DNA of 64,000 bases, taken from NCBI GenBank assembly GCA_976226885.1, contig OZ320320.1:29264001-29328000 (forward strand). The letters are read 5' to 3'. The notes beneath the pieces were generated by a model, which saw nothing but the letters and a program-made list of their open reading frames with translations, had not been told where the DNA came from and ran no database searches. Positions 14,301-27,391 of the stretch are shown piece by piece; position 1 is the stretch's first letter, and every line of letters begins with the position of its first letter. The translations under genes and the position numbers were made by a program. The DNA is from Iphione sp. A-MEVVRFRX5 (taxonomy: Eukaryota).

Positions 14301-15839
14301 TCTCGTTCTTTGTTTGCACAGCATTACAAAATTCAAACAGGAAAACTCTTTTTAAAACAGTCTACATATACCATAGGATTTCTACCCAGGTGAACATTAG
14401 AATAACCTTAATCCCTCGAATAAAGCTCTGCAATTTCAAACTTTATATTGTGAATTCCCTTTGGTTCAATTTGATGGCACATTGGCAGTGAAAAATAGTC
14501 TATGTTATACGTGTTCACACTGCTTTCCTGGCATATGTCAACCTTGGTTAACATCTAGTCAGTAAGAGTCCCTTTCAATATGAGCAGCGACCCTGTCTCA
14601 CTGGCTCAGCAGTGTGGTAGCAGATGCGTCCTCTACCGGAGAATCATAGAATTAACAGTGAACACCCATTTTCAACTCTGTCCTCCCGTTCTACATCTCT
14701 TGGCTCTCTGAATCAAATAACCTTGATAAAACTGGTTATTCTGGTATATGAGGTGCATCTTATGTTGTGCATATATATAAAGATTTTTTTTATAATGTAA
14801 GCGTTGGTCAGGAGGCGCTGAAAAGTCTGTGGGCAAAAAGTGGGACGGGGGAGATGGATCGGAAGGACTTACAGAACGCTCGGGGAATGCCACCAAAGCA
14901 ATATATGTTGGAAAAGGTGACGGCTGCAATCGGGGAAGAGAGGGGAGGTGGTGTGTGTGTGTAAGGGCGGGGGGTTGTTCCACTGCACCCTAGTTGAAGC
15001 CAGAGGTTGGTGTAGTGGGAAGGGAACCTCTGGGTGCATCAGACTTTCATGGTAGCGCATGGAGGTAGTTGGGTCGCCGAGATGTATGAGTGAGGAAGAT
15101 GGAGGCGCTAGAACAGGGGCCGTCAGGCTGGATGCTGGGGGGGGGGGGAGAGGGCACCTGTGAGTAGGGCGAACGGGATGTTGGAGCTGCTGTGTGGGAG
15201 CTGCTCGTGGTCGGGAGTAGCTCAGCATTGCCATTTTTAGCTACGGACGGAGGGCAATGTCTGGAATCCAGCACGTAGGAGTGTTCGTGAGTAAGCTCCC
15301 GGGAAGGGGCTGTGTGGGGTCGTAGGGATTCACTCCCAATACTGGAGAAACTGCTGAGTTGAAACTACAGCTTAGCTACCTTTCACCTGGATCGTGTCGG
15401 CCTCGCACTATTACTTGATCAAGTGGACAAATTGAATATAAAGGAACTGGCATATTACAGCTCTTAGTCATTCTTTTCTCGGGCAAGAATAAATAAAAGA
15501 ATTGTAACAACAGGCATGCGAACAATTTAAATGCATTATGGCATCCTGTTTCCCTCTAAAAATGATTCGAAACATTGTCGAGAACCAGTTGTAAATTTTA
15601 TGTAGGAAATACGATGAGTAGAAATATAGAAACCACCCACGGTGAACAAAGCTTAACGGGTCCCTTCCTAACGTTTCCCAGTGCGGTACCCACAACGGTG
15701 TTCCTTTGTCAGAGGGTGTTTGTCAGCAGTAGGTCCTACCATTGTCAACATGTCCCCTGCACCCTGGGCCTAGCAGCCCTTTGAATTGCACCCCTGCTTC
15801 CTCCAGTAGCCCCTGTGCCACCCCTCACCCCTCACCCCT

Positions 15840-16450
15840 CCATGCCGTCGTGCACCCCGGTTGCTCCGGCCCTAATATTTCCCGGCGGGCTCACGGGGGT
15901 CCGCTCGGCCCCAGGAACTTCTAGGCCGACTATTCTTAGCACGTTGGAGAGGCGCCGTGTTGGGTAGATTGCCGGAGGAGGAGGAGGACGAGGAGCAGGA
16001 GGGGGGGGGGGAGGGTTGGGGGGCCGGGAGGCGTGGGGAGGCAGGCTCCGTTAGGCTAGTGTTTGCCGCTCTCCGGTTTGTCGGCCGGCCTCCAGCAGCC
16101 AAGTCAGCACGGCACATCGCAGATCTGTCCCGAAACAAGCTGGGCCTTCCCCTTTCCACCTCCACCATTCTGCGAGTACGGGCGTCGTGCGAGCCGGCCA
16201 TTTTCGTCAAACTTTTGCATCCTTAGGTAAGTTCATTTACATTGTTATCTGCTCAGTATTCAGTTGTTTTGTCCTCGGAGATCAGCAGTTCAGCTTTCCC
16301 GGTACGCGACGGATCCTGGCAGCAGGCGCCACTAGCTGGCCAATCCCTCTCCCCGATCGGGAGGAAGGCTCCGGGCCCTTGAGTTGCTCTCACGCTCATT
16401 CCATATCTCCATCTCACATCAATCTCCTCTTTACTTCCCTCGCCTGATTA
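15840..16450. promoter_or_regulatory. CpG-rich promoter-like island (YY1-like GCCATTTT, CCAAT, + strand donor at 16227)
   Basis: High GC and CpG against an AT-rich background; GGCCATTTT near 16197; TAG|gtaagt; CCAAT near 16339. Confidence 0.5.
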
Positions 16451-18201
16451 TCTGTCCCACAGTGATATACCCCACCTGGCCTATTCCACAATGGACTGGG
16501 CCCCGCATGACATACCTTGATCAAAACAAACCGAGTAGGGTTCAATAGTCCACAGACCAGTGTGGTCTCGGTTGTTTTGGGTTATCTTGAGTTGCTCCAG
16601 GCTTTACATGGTGAAGCAATAAACGCAGTGTTACCACTTAGCAGTAGCATATATCGTAGCAAAAGGCAACAATCTAACTGCTTTGCAGTAGGAGAAACCA
16701 TAGACTCTGATAGGCGTAATACCTGCAGCTTCATGAATAAGGCTTACAGTTGCCACCTGTGGAGTCTTTAGATCATATAGCTCCGAATAGAATTCGTATG
16801 TGATAGATAAATGTCTCCTTTTTTCGCTCACGTGCCATTTTGTCCCTTTATCTCGACAAAAGTTGATTTGATTTCAAGAATTAAACTCCTTCTGGGAATA
16901 ACAAGGACCTTTCTCTTAATGTCCCCTCTATGGTTATCTTTCGATATATATTTATAATATTCAACGCATCAAATGCATGCATTTTAATTTCAAACAATAT
17001 AAAGTCAAAATATCTGCGAGCCATAAATATCTGTTTTCATGAATTTTCTTGATAATTCTTGGAAATCACAAATTGTCGATGGCTTGTGAAATATATTTAG
17101 ATGCAGAGAATTTAATAAGATGCATTTGTACTCAGTATCTTACCTCTATTTAACCTTACCCAAATTACTTCCAACATGCTACTCTTTGGTTGGGAGACGT
17201 GAGGAGACGCTAGTAATTTGACAGCATGTATAGACGTTCTTGATTTCCATTATGTAATATTTCTGGTAATTTCACAGGCAAACTTTTGCATCGATAATAG
17301 TCGCTTCTGCTCCGGAAGATGGTATACAAACACATTATGACAATTTATAGAATATCTGTATTCCAGTGCAGCTTGGTTTTGAAGGCATTTACTGCAATGG
17401 TTTGGTCGTTCAAATGCATGTATCGTGTGTTTGAAGATTAAAATGAAGTCATGATATAAGCTGGAAACATTCCTTGCACGCCTTTATATGTAACGCATAG
17501 TTTCTTTAGCTAGGCGAATGTATAATACGCCACGGTATTCTTTGTCACATGCTCTAGAGGGCACTCTTCTCGCACCTTATCACTCGGAGTGGTCGGGGGC
17601 GGGGGGCGGAGAGCAACCCGGCGCTGCATCCCTTCTAGTTGAGCAACTCACTTAATAGACCAGATGTGCTGAAACAGGTGATTTTGTTTTCGAAGCGATC
17701 GTCTCTTTTCCCGCCTCCACTGAGCGTGTTGGAGAGGTCAAATGTACAATTACCTGTCCCTCGACACATTTTGGTCCTTTTCACCACTCGAAAAGTGAGA
17801 GGGAAAATGTTTAATTACTTATGATTTATGGTTTAAACAAGTCTTCTTCCAACTTCCAATCAAAAGAGAAAACTTTTTCTCTGAAACAGTTGAAGTGGAG
17901 AACTTCCCAGGCCTGATTAGGATAAATCTACACCCTACACTCCTAATTTCACGCGTACTTAAACCTTTTTATGTTTCGCTCTCCCCAATGACACTCCATT
18001 TTCAACGTTTCGGTCCTCGCTATAGTCCCTGCTAATATCAATATTACTTGCGCCTGTGTTTTCTGGCGGCGTCTAGCCGAAACCTTTTTCAATGCGGCCA
18101 CAACAACTGGGAGGCTGCGAAGGTATCAGGTTGCCCTTCCACACTTATGTCTATCTATGGCTCTACGGACCAGGCCTCGGACCCGTAGCTTCCTGACCCT
18201 G

Positions 18202-18229
18202 CGGAAGTGAACATTTTTTTTACTTCCGG
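18202..18229. promoter_or_regulatory. Inverted pair of ETS/GABP-type sites
   Basis: CGGAAGTG ... ACTTCCGG within a CpG-containing patch; an arrangement common in housekeeping promoters. Confidence 0.4.
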
Positions 18230-21200
18230 GTCAGACGACGCTTTAGTGTGAGGTGAAGGTTGAAAAGTGAATGTGATTTACAAGGCATGCCAGTAGGGCC
18301 CACTGCAGTCGTTGCAGTGGCAACTGCTGCCACAAATGCTACTTAATAGGATACCTGGTATTGCTCCATGGAGCCATAGGACAGCACGAGGCAGGTATAA
18401 ATTTTCCTCTGCTTGGGACGTGTCGACCCACAACATGTACAATAACAGCACTGATGCAGCCTTGTTAATGTCAGCGTTTCGAGCATGTGGATACTGCTTA
18501 AGCTTGCTGCTCAAAATGCTTAACAGAAGGTGCAGCTGTAACAAATTGGCGTTTAGCTTCTTTCAACATGTGGTCTGATTTTTCACGTCTACGTTTCATG
18601 TATAGCTTAGGCATCTGTTGCCCGAAATGCTCACACACGAGACCTACCTACACTTATTTAAATATGTATATACGTATGCAAAATATACATATATATCCGG
18701 GCGTCAGCGGGTAGATGATACCTCATTAGTTCTTTCATTGCCGTCCTTTATATTGAAGGAAATGTTTTCTTCTTTTGTAAGCTATGAACGGTCAACCTCA
18801 CCAGGACGAAGTTATATGTGCAGTACGTGTACAGAATGTGAGCAATACGCATATGGTTCCATTATTGCTCTAGATTATAGTAGGCTGCATGTGTAATTCA
18901 AAACTGCAGGCTGACATTCAAATAGTATTAACCAGTCTTAAAGAATCAAGTTACATTGTGGAGGTCGCCATTTGACTTATACGGAGGATGTCCTATAATA
19001 TGGACAATTTTGATCAGGAACATTGTGGATTTAATTCATTTCCCTAATTTCATTGATCAAGACATTTCTTCTGATTTGGGCAAAGTCTCTCCTAGTCTAT
19101 AAGTTTGGTTTTAATCTACTGATTGTAAGTAAAATGTGTTAATATTTAAGTTAAATGTGGAATTATATAGATATATTAAGGTAGAGTCCAAATTTACAAT
19201 CTATATATGTAGTTTTATTACATAATGTTACTTTTTTTGCAATGGCATTGACAAAAAGGTGGGAAAAGGTATGAGACTTCAACAGGAGAAAAAAGGACCA
19301 TCCACTTCAGCAAAAGATTTTAAGTAGCCAGTCTCAAGATCTGCTCCAGCAATAAGCTGGTTCTAACAATTTGTAGAACTAATTGTGGTGTTCCCTGACA
19401 GAAAATATTCAGTAAGATGAATCTGTACATAAATTACATGAATACTGCATCAAATTGATAAACTGGCCTTAATTTTAAGAAAGATAACCTGTTTGTACTG
19501 CACTGCAGTAATTGCTGAATTGTGACATGCTGATTCTAGTATTTGCACAATCCTGAGTCCGAAAGTACACGAAGATATCCTTTGCCCAAGGATCCCGAAT
19601 TATTAACATTGATTATAAAGGTCCTCCACTAGGGCTATCGATATCTAAATTGGCCTCCCATATCCTGAAGAGACATCCAAGATCGATCAACTTCAGGATC
19701 CTTATATGTCCCTAGGAACAGATTTCTGGGAAAGAAACGAAGTTACTCTGACAAAAACACTGATGTAGCTAGGCTTGGTGCAATAGTTTGAGCCTATTTC
19801 AACCTATCTCAATTTTCATATCCAGCAATGCTATTTTTCATCAGCATGAACAGTTACTTGTTGAAAATATTTTTCCAGGGATGATATATTCTTCCATCTA
19901 GATAGATGTGCATTCTGCCTCTGAGCTTGTTTATATGTACAATCAGGAAAGAAAAAGGACATGAAACAGACATTTCTTTGAAGCACATACATTTCTTTGC
20001 CTCACTGGTTTTGCCACAGTGTTGTCAAGTAGATGTGCAGAGGGTGAATCTGATATGACTTGTTACTATACCTTTTATATATCAGTGATCATATTTATGT
20101 GTACAAATAAGAAATGAGCATTTTCTCCATGAAGTAAGGATATTAGTGGCAAGGCCAATCAGTAATGTATTCTAGAAATAGTTTTTTTTGTTAATGCGAG
20201 TTTGATCTGTCCTAGAGGATCGCCCCGCTCTAGGGTCTGTTTTTCCGCCATCAGTCAGATGTTTCTCAGCTGGAGAAAAAACAACTTCGAGGACAAATAC
20301 ATGTTGACCTGCAGAACAGACTTTCCCTCAGTATTTATTATCCTATGTCAGCTTCAATATCAATATAAACTAGAGAAAAACGGAGATAAAATCTCACAGG
20401 GACAACATACACATACACACACGCAGACACACACACACATCAACCTTCTGGGAGAAGTTCCTCGCAGGGCTTTATGAGGGTAGTTGAGAGATTTGTCTGC
20501 CAGTTGGCTATTTTGATACTGCACACGACTGTCTCAGGGGACTTCCAACGAGGCCATGTGAACGAACTCTCTTCTAGTCGTCTTTTTTATCAGTCATGGG
20601 TTAGACGAAGCAATGGGAATAGGTACCACCGGCTTAGCAGTGCGTCGCTGTTAACATGGGTCATAAGCAGGTTTTATGAGCGTAGAGATGAAAGAAGAAA
20701 TTAGTAGCTAGATAAGCAGGACACATTTTCGACCGAAATGACAAACTGGGGATATAGGATAGTTGAAAATGTGGAAGCCCCTGAATTCTCCCTCATTCCA
20801 ATTTGTCTTTTCACTAAACTCATATTGGGGGTTATTGTTAAGGAGAAAGAGAACTCTCACCATTCAGCATGAAAGAAAATTTGCATTTGGATTTGTAACA
20901 TTTACCGAAAGTTCCTTTGATGCGTCTTCATAAATCGGCTCTCAGATCTTGTCAGACAGTGAATCTATACATGTATGTAATCTTGTTTGCCCATTTTCTA
21001 TTGCAAGCTGTCGATTCGCCCTTAGGGCGAAAAGTTTCACTCTGCAACATGAAAGTGATCTGTTCTGATTTGTTGCAGGAATATTTCGCTGCTAGAAACA
21101 ACATCTCTTATAAAAACGAGTAGTCGTTCTAGTGGCAAAAGCTTTCCAGTAATGGGAAAGTGATTGGGAAGTCCACTTGGAAAAAATACATAAGCCTTAG

Positions 21201-24200
21201 GGGGCATATGCCTAGAAGGTCCTGAAAAAATAACAGGATAAATTATTGAACTGGCTTGGCGGGTTCTACTTCTGCAACACTAGTTGCTTTCTGTTACGTT
21301 TATAAAATGAGTTCAATTTATAAAGGAACTGTACACAGCATGTTTGTGTAAAGAACATCGGTTCTCATTCCGGATTCACCACCCCTTCTTGAAAGTAGTA
21401 ATTCCTACGAGGCAGGCATTATATATCATGCCCTCGTGGAATAATCCCTGAACCAACTCCAGGAAAGCAGAAGGAAAGCTAAGGGACGCCGGACAGGGCT
21501 AGTACAGACTGAAAAGGAGAAAGGCAGATAGAGATAGACAGAGAGCACGAGTGGTACCAGGAGAGATAGAGAGACAGAGAGAAATCTATGATCCCGTTAA
21601 TTTTTAAAACGTATTCCTGTTATGAATTGTGTGGATTACTGCAAAATTCACAGTTGACAGGCTATGAGATCACATTCAAGCGTGAATGATCCATTGACTA
21701 GCACCTGTTTTCTAAAGCAGGAAAAGCAAATTTTATGTGCATGAACACGACAATCAAGATACATATGTATATTTTTATGAGTAAACGTGATATTTGTTGT
21801 ACATTTTTCATTTTATATTACATCATTTAGCAAAAGATCCTTCCTTTGTTTATTCTTATACAAGAACTATATTTACTATGGCTAAAGTAGTCTAGATGGT
21901 AATATACAATAAAGATAATTTAAACCCCCCCCCTACCACCCTTTTCTCTCTATATCCCTACCGTCCCCCCAAGGACATTATATCATGCATTTTACCAGCT
22001 GATCTGTCATTATGGAAGGCAGTCTGTTGATGTTTTGAACACCTCTGAACACAATCTTGTACAGACTGTGTCAGGATTCGAACCCAAAACCTGAACATGA
22101 GTTAGAACATGGTTAGAAAGTTGAACTATGGTTAGACTGTGACCCCCCCCCCCCCAAGTTTCCTCTTTCTCTTCTTTTTCAAATCTTAACCATGTTATTT
22201 CAATTATAGATTCTTGTTAAACCAAAACGTATTTTCATGCATGCCTACAATATATGCTTGGCAAATCACTCCCAAACCTTTTTGACGGATTTGACAAATC
22301 GCTCAGTTGTGATTGGGGTTGGTTTAAATCAGTTAAAATCCTCGGACCAGATCACATACTATAACGGACTCGGTGGCAAGGCCACCTCGTCCATTATATC
22401 GTGTAATTGCTGGTCCTCGGATTTTAACTAATACAACAATGTACTCAATATAATCAGTCAGAACTGGCATCATTTGCAGCACCTTTGTCTGTAAATGTTG
22501 AGGTTAGGGTTTTTTTTCTGGTGAAAACAATTTTTCAGAATAATGGAGGAAGAAAATGTAAATTTTTGGCTCTTTTGTTGTTTTATCCTGTTTGTATGAG
22601 TCTTCTTTCCCTTTCTTTTGTTCATAGCGTTACATTTCACGGTCCCTTGCTCCTTTCAAATATTTTATTCTAGATGTCAATGGAATGCTAACCTATTATC
22701 CAGACTTACTTTCCTTAAATATCGTGAATTAAAAAGTATACCTAAAGTGTACAGCTAATAATTATATTTTCAGCTGGAAAAAAACATGGAAAGTTTGGAT
22801 TCTAAATAAACAAAATGTACCCCATTACAATTTTCGTACACTGATTCTACTGAACTTACCTTACAAGGAATACGAGTTATCTCAAACAAGTTCGGTTATA
22901 TTTGATGATACAATGTTGCTCTAATGACAAAACTCTATAGTTGATTCGTTAGGCTAATTGAAGAATTTTGTCAATTTCTGTCTGCATCCGATGGAAAAAG
23001 GTAGTTTTTCGATTAAAGTTATTTCCATTAAAAAACATGCCAATTCGGATAGATTCTTATGTCTAACAACAGAATTTATGGAGGTAATATGGTTGGCCTC
23101 CACCATAATGATCATAACTGTGATGCTGAAATTCAAAGGTTTTGTATCTGAATGTTCACAGCAATTGAACTATCCTCCGCCCGATCTCCATTAATATATT
23201 ATCATTCCATCAAGAAACTGCCTCTGCCCAACAAATACTCTGGTCTTCTCAGAACCCGTGCAACTTTACTACAAACATACCAACATACAATGATAAAGAC
23301 ATTATCCAGGCCATCAATATTATGGTATCAAGCAAAGCACTTTAAAAATTACCTAGACCCGCATCATGTTTTTAGAAATGCCTTTAAGTGTTCCATACTT
23401 CATGTCCACAGTTATCATCTTTCCCTTCTTGTTGCAAGCCTGTCAGGCAGGCTGTATTTTACTGTACTATGATGCACTAGGGGTTTTATCTCAGCTGGTA
23501 GTCATAGATTATTTTTTGAAAGATCCACAAAAAGGCTCTTTTTATTTCACTTAGGCTTATGTTTACCTGCGGAAGTTTCCAAGAGAGTTTGTTAAGTGAC
23601 CATTCAGCTTTACAGTGAAAATTGGTTTAAAGACAAATCTTCACTAGAGACATGCCTAAAATTGAAACAGTTTTGGGAAGAATAGATTATTCTCTCTACA
23701 TAGTAACGACCTATTGTAGGGCTGCACCTAAAGAATTGATTGTTGTGGAATGAACTAAGCGTGTCCTGATCTGGGGCTTCTCAGTATACATATGTATTTA
23801 TGGCTGTGACGAACCGTCATTGCATCCTATTCCATGTCAGATGTTTACCATAAAGACTTTCTATGGGAAAAAACAGATAGCATAACAGGAATATCAGACT
23901 GAAAGTTTCAAATTGCTCACTAAAAAGGATTGATTTTGAGTAGACACTCTCACTGGCTTACTTTATTCAGAAGTAGGTAACTTTTTGACAAATATACATT
24001 TCCATGAGTGATCCAATGGAAATTCATGCTTTAGTAAAAGGCTTCTTAATTGGCCATGTTCTAGAACAACAAGTCTATCTTAGAACTGCAGAAGTAGTCT
24101 AATAAAACGCATTTCTGAGAAGCTCTTGGGTCACTACGTAAAATGATATGGCTCCGATTTCATTCTTCTGATGACTGTCTGTAAATTATTTTCATCGATA

Positions 24201-26041
24201 ATAACGCCGGTAATATCAGCTTAATATAACATAACCTAACATAGCATATGCCTTCATTCAGAATCTTTGTTTACATGTACAAAGCTATTCGTCCGATTTG
24301 TGTGGTGAACTGGCAAAGTAAAAATCGTGCCAACAAAACTGTGTTATGCCTTATAGATTATTAGAATACATACATACACAATGAGTCAAAAACGATCATA
24401 AATAATATCATGCAGGTTCACAAACACTATATAGCCTTAACTTCTGAAATGTCATGGAAGCTCTTTATTACATGGAAAACGTTATTTGTGTGCTTACAAC
24501 TAATAGATTTTGAACGAAGTTTACTCTACATATGAGATTCACGTTTTCAAACAGTATTTTTGCTTAGGGACTTTTGATAAGGATGGAAGCCTACAGTCTG
24601 CGTTAACTTGCAGATCTTGATAATAAGTGAATTCACATACCGAATATGCAACGACCACAATTTGCCTGAATGTGGTTTATCAGAGATCATCCAACAGCTG
24701 CACACGATACCTATCGAAGTACATATCAGTACAAAAGATTTATGCGCATTCGTCCATTGTCGAAGTGTGACTCACTATACATGAGAAGGGTCGATAAGCA
24801 AAAATCCAGTCACAAAACAAACTTCAGGGAAACACACGGGACTTGTTTTAAGTTTTAAGGGTTACAATTTTTCAAATGTATACACGTGCATTTTGTTACT
24901 CATGGGGAAAGCTCGTCCTATAATATAGTTCGTTGATTTTCATGGTAAAGACCTATTTGTAATGTGATTTTATCTCTTATCTGCTGCCTCGTATCACTAA
25001 AATGATTGTTTTTTCACTCAGCTTTGATTGCTTCTTTAAAAGGAATAGATTTCATTACGCATACCTGAGAACCATACAACGTTTAAGGCCTACTTTTTGT
25101 TTCATCCTTTGTAGGTAGCAGGTAGTTTAATGTTTGATAGATTCACTCCGATGAAACAATTCTTAGAGGATCTGTAGAGAGCACACCCTCCATAACTATG
25201 TGAAACTAGTCCATGTCTGTTTGAAAGTTAATGGACAAAAAAGATGCGATATGTTGTCTCTCAAAGGAATGCTTTCAGTTATCACAAGTAACTAATTATT
25301 GCAACATTGTTTTTGTAGAAACATTACTTCTTCAAAAATAACCATTAATCTTTAACGAAAACATATAGTATCAGGAACAGATCACGAGTCCGTATTGACA
25401 CAGGGTTGATATGTGTCTTAAAATGTGAGAAGTAGTTTTACTCTAGAATTAATATTTCAAGGAATGAATGCAAATCTAGCCAAAGGAGGGTTCCTCGACA
25501 CCTTAATTTTGGATGCACTAAGGCATCTTGTATAAATGAAATCATGATTCAACTAAGAATAGATAAATCTACAAAAAGGTATGGAATTTTCATATAGAAA
25601 TAACCAAATGATAATGAGAGTATTATAGATGCCTAATGAAGTACAAGAATATAGGATGATCAGTCGAACTAAACTAAATGAACAGTTGCTTTTGAGATTC
25701 ACTATCACTTAAAAGGTGGTACGTTAACTACTAATGGGTGTTTGCTTGTAATGAGTGGCTTTTATTCAACTCAGTTAAAACCGAAATTGAAGAAAGTTAA
25801 ATTACCATGAGTGGCCAATAATTACAACCGTACAGTCATTGAAAGAGCTAATCTGAAAAAAAACCCTGCAAATTTAGTAGGCAACTACAGATACAGAATG
25901 GGATATTCAGCTAAAAAATGTACGCCCTTTTGACATAAGATTAATATACATGCAGTTTAAACTTGCTTATAAAGGCGCTAGGCGTGTGGCTGCAATACCT
26001 AATTTTCCTAGGATCATAAATGCCCTTTGATCATAATATTA

Positions 26042-26216
26042 CAGTATCCCCTCAGGCTATGGCCACTTCTCTAAACAGACCACCTCCCTATTAAGACCAT
26101 TTTAAAGGAACACAATGACCTACAGGTATATAAATACCCCTCTCTAATAAGGCCACTACCTATTCAAACCTTTTAAGGCCAGAACAAAGGGGGGTCGCAT
26201 TAGCGAGGGGATATTG
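26042..26216. mobile_element. 175-bp Tc1/mariner (pogo-type) MITE
   Basis: TA|CAGTATCCCCTC ... GAGGGGATATTG|TA (11/12 TIR match, TA TSD), with internal AAGACCA-like direct repeats. Confidence 0.78.
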
Positions 26217-27301
26217 TATATGAAAATAATAGTTGTGAGGACGGCTACATTCGATCTACTGGAAATCCAGCAAATCGAATTTCAATACAAATTCATGTTC
26301 TTTTATCATGTTAAAAATATATATGTTAATTTGTCATGCACTGAAGCAATGGTTATTAAACTCATTCAGGAGAACTCTTTCAATACATTAGACTTGAATA
26401 GGAATATAGAATCATCAGATTGCCGCCATCGATTGGATTTATATTTATGAAATCCTTGTTAAACAGATTATCCTCCATTTCACTGCCATCTACCAGGATG
26501 TAAAGGTGATATGTAATTGCGTATGATAAATAAGATTTTTAATCAGCACAGTAAAATTAACTAGAATAAATTTCTTTAATGTAACAGCTCCTGCCGATCG
26601 TTCGTTTGTCCTTTATCTGATATTTTTATACACCTCATCATTCAAATCTCGAAAATTGTTCCTCTAATTCCTGCTGTGCCGTGTCAGCTCATTTAAAGGT
26701 AGCTATTGCTCTAGTCTGCTCACTCTTGCTCTCTATTGCTCCCAACTTGCTCCTCAAGCGTTGTACCTTGTGTCTGCCTAGGTGTGTATGTGTGTGGGGG
26801 TGGGGGCCAAGAGAGGGTGTGGACGGTGCACGGGTTTACTCTATCGGACCACAAACACAGCGTTACGTTTCTCGGTAACCAAGACGATCTTCAGAGTTGA
26901 GAACTCTCTGTTTTTCGCGAGTCGGGCTGGTAGCAGGAAGCATCTAAGGAGTGGTCCTCCTCCTCCTCCTCCTCGGCCTTCACGATCCAGACTTATCATA
27001 TCTCCTGCTCCACGCCGATCGAGGCCTATTTCCAAAAGAATCCTCGAGAATGCACCATTGGCCTAGGGCTTAAATGATCGCCGCTCAATTGAAGTCCTCA
27101 ATTGCGAGCTGCTCATCGGTTCACTTGAGCTGCTGGTTGTTACGAGAGTCACATTGAGTGGTCAGTAAACCACAAGCGGTAGTGTTACCTCGGTATTTCA
27201 AGTGAACTGGCTTCTTGGAGGACTCTGTACTATCGAAACCACCAGAACATTGGAAACTTTCGAGACCATTCTTGCTTGACCAGCAACCACAAACACCAAG
27301 C

Positions 27302-27391
27302 ATGGGCGGAAAGAAGAACTGGGTAGACAAATATCAAGATAGCGACCATCATGTCGATAGGTTTGTCCGCAAAAAGATGGATTACGAAAAG
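27302..27391 (+). CDS. Orphan gene, candidate first coding exon A (MGGKKNWVDKYQDSDHHVDRFVRKKMDYEK)
   Basis: Good Kozak context agcATGG and donor AAG|gtaacg (phase 0). Preceded by a long UTR-like region from about 26.7 kb. Confidence 0.65.

Noticed and set aside
15957-16226. + strand ORF containing DLSRNKL, an LRR-like motif
   Set aside because: A single partial motif with no repeats, a non-ATG start and a stop at the donor; probably chance in GC-rich DNA.
16208-17292. Exact 14-bp repeat CAAACTTTTGCATC at 16208 and 17279
   Set aside because: About one such nearby 14-mer pair is expected by chance in an AT-rich window of this size.
18278-18578. Overlapping + and - ORFs next to the ETS pair, with a hint of a decayed C2H2 finger in a third frame
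   Set aside because: Cys/His spacing is wrong, the frame has stops and no family is recognisable.
22070-22090. Pol III B-box (GGTTCGAATCC on the - strand)
   Set aside because: No A-box or cloverleaf; at most a SINE relic, not a tRNA.
23152-23472. 106-aa ORF with a faint resemblance to LINE 3' ends (DPHHVF...SGRLY)
   Set aside because: The similarity is too weak to call by eye and there is no poly(A) tail or TSD.
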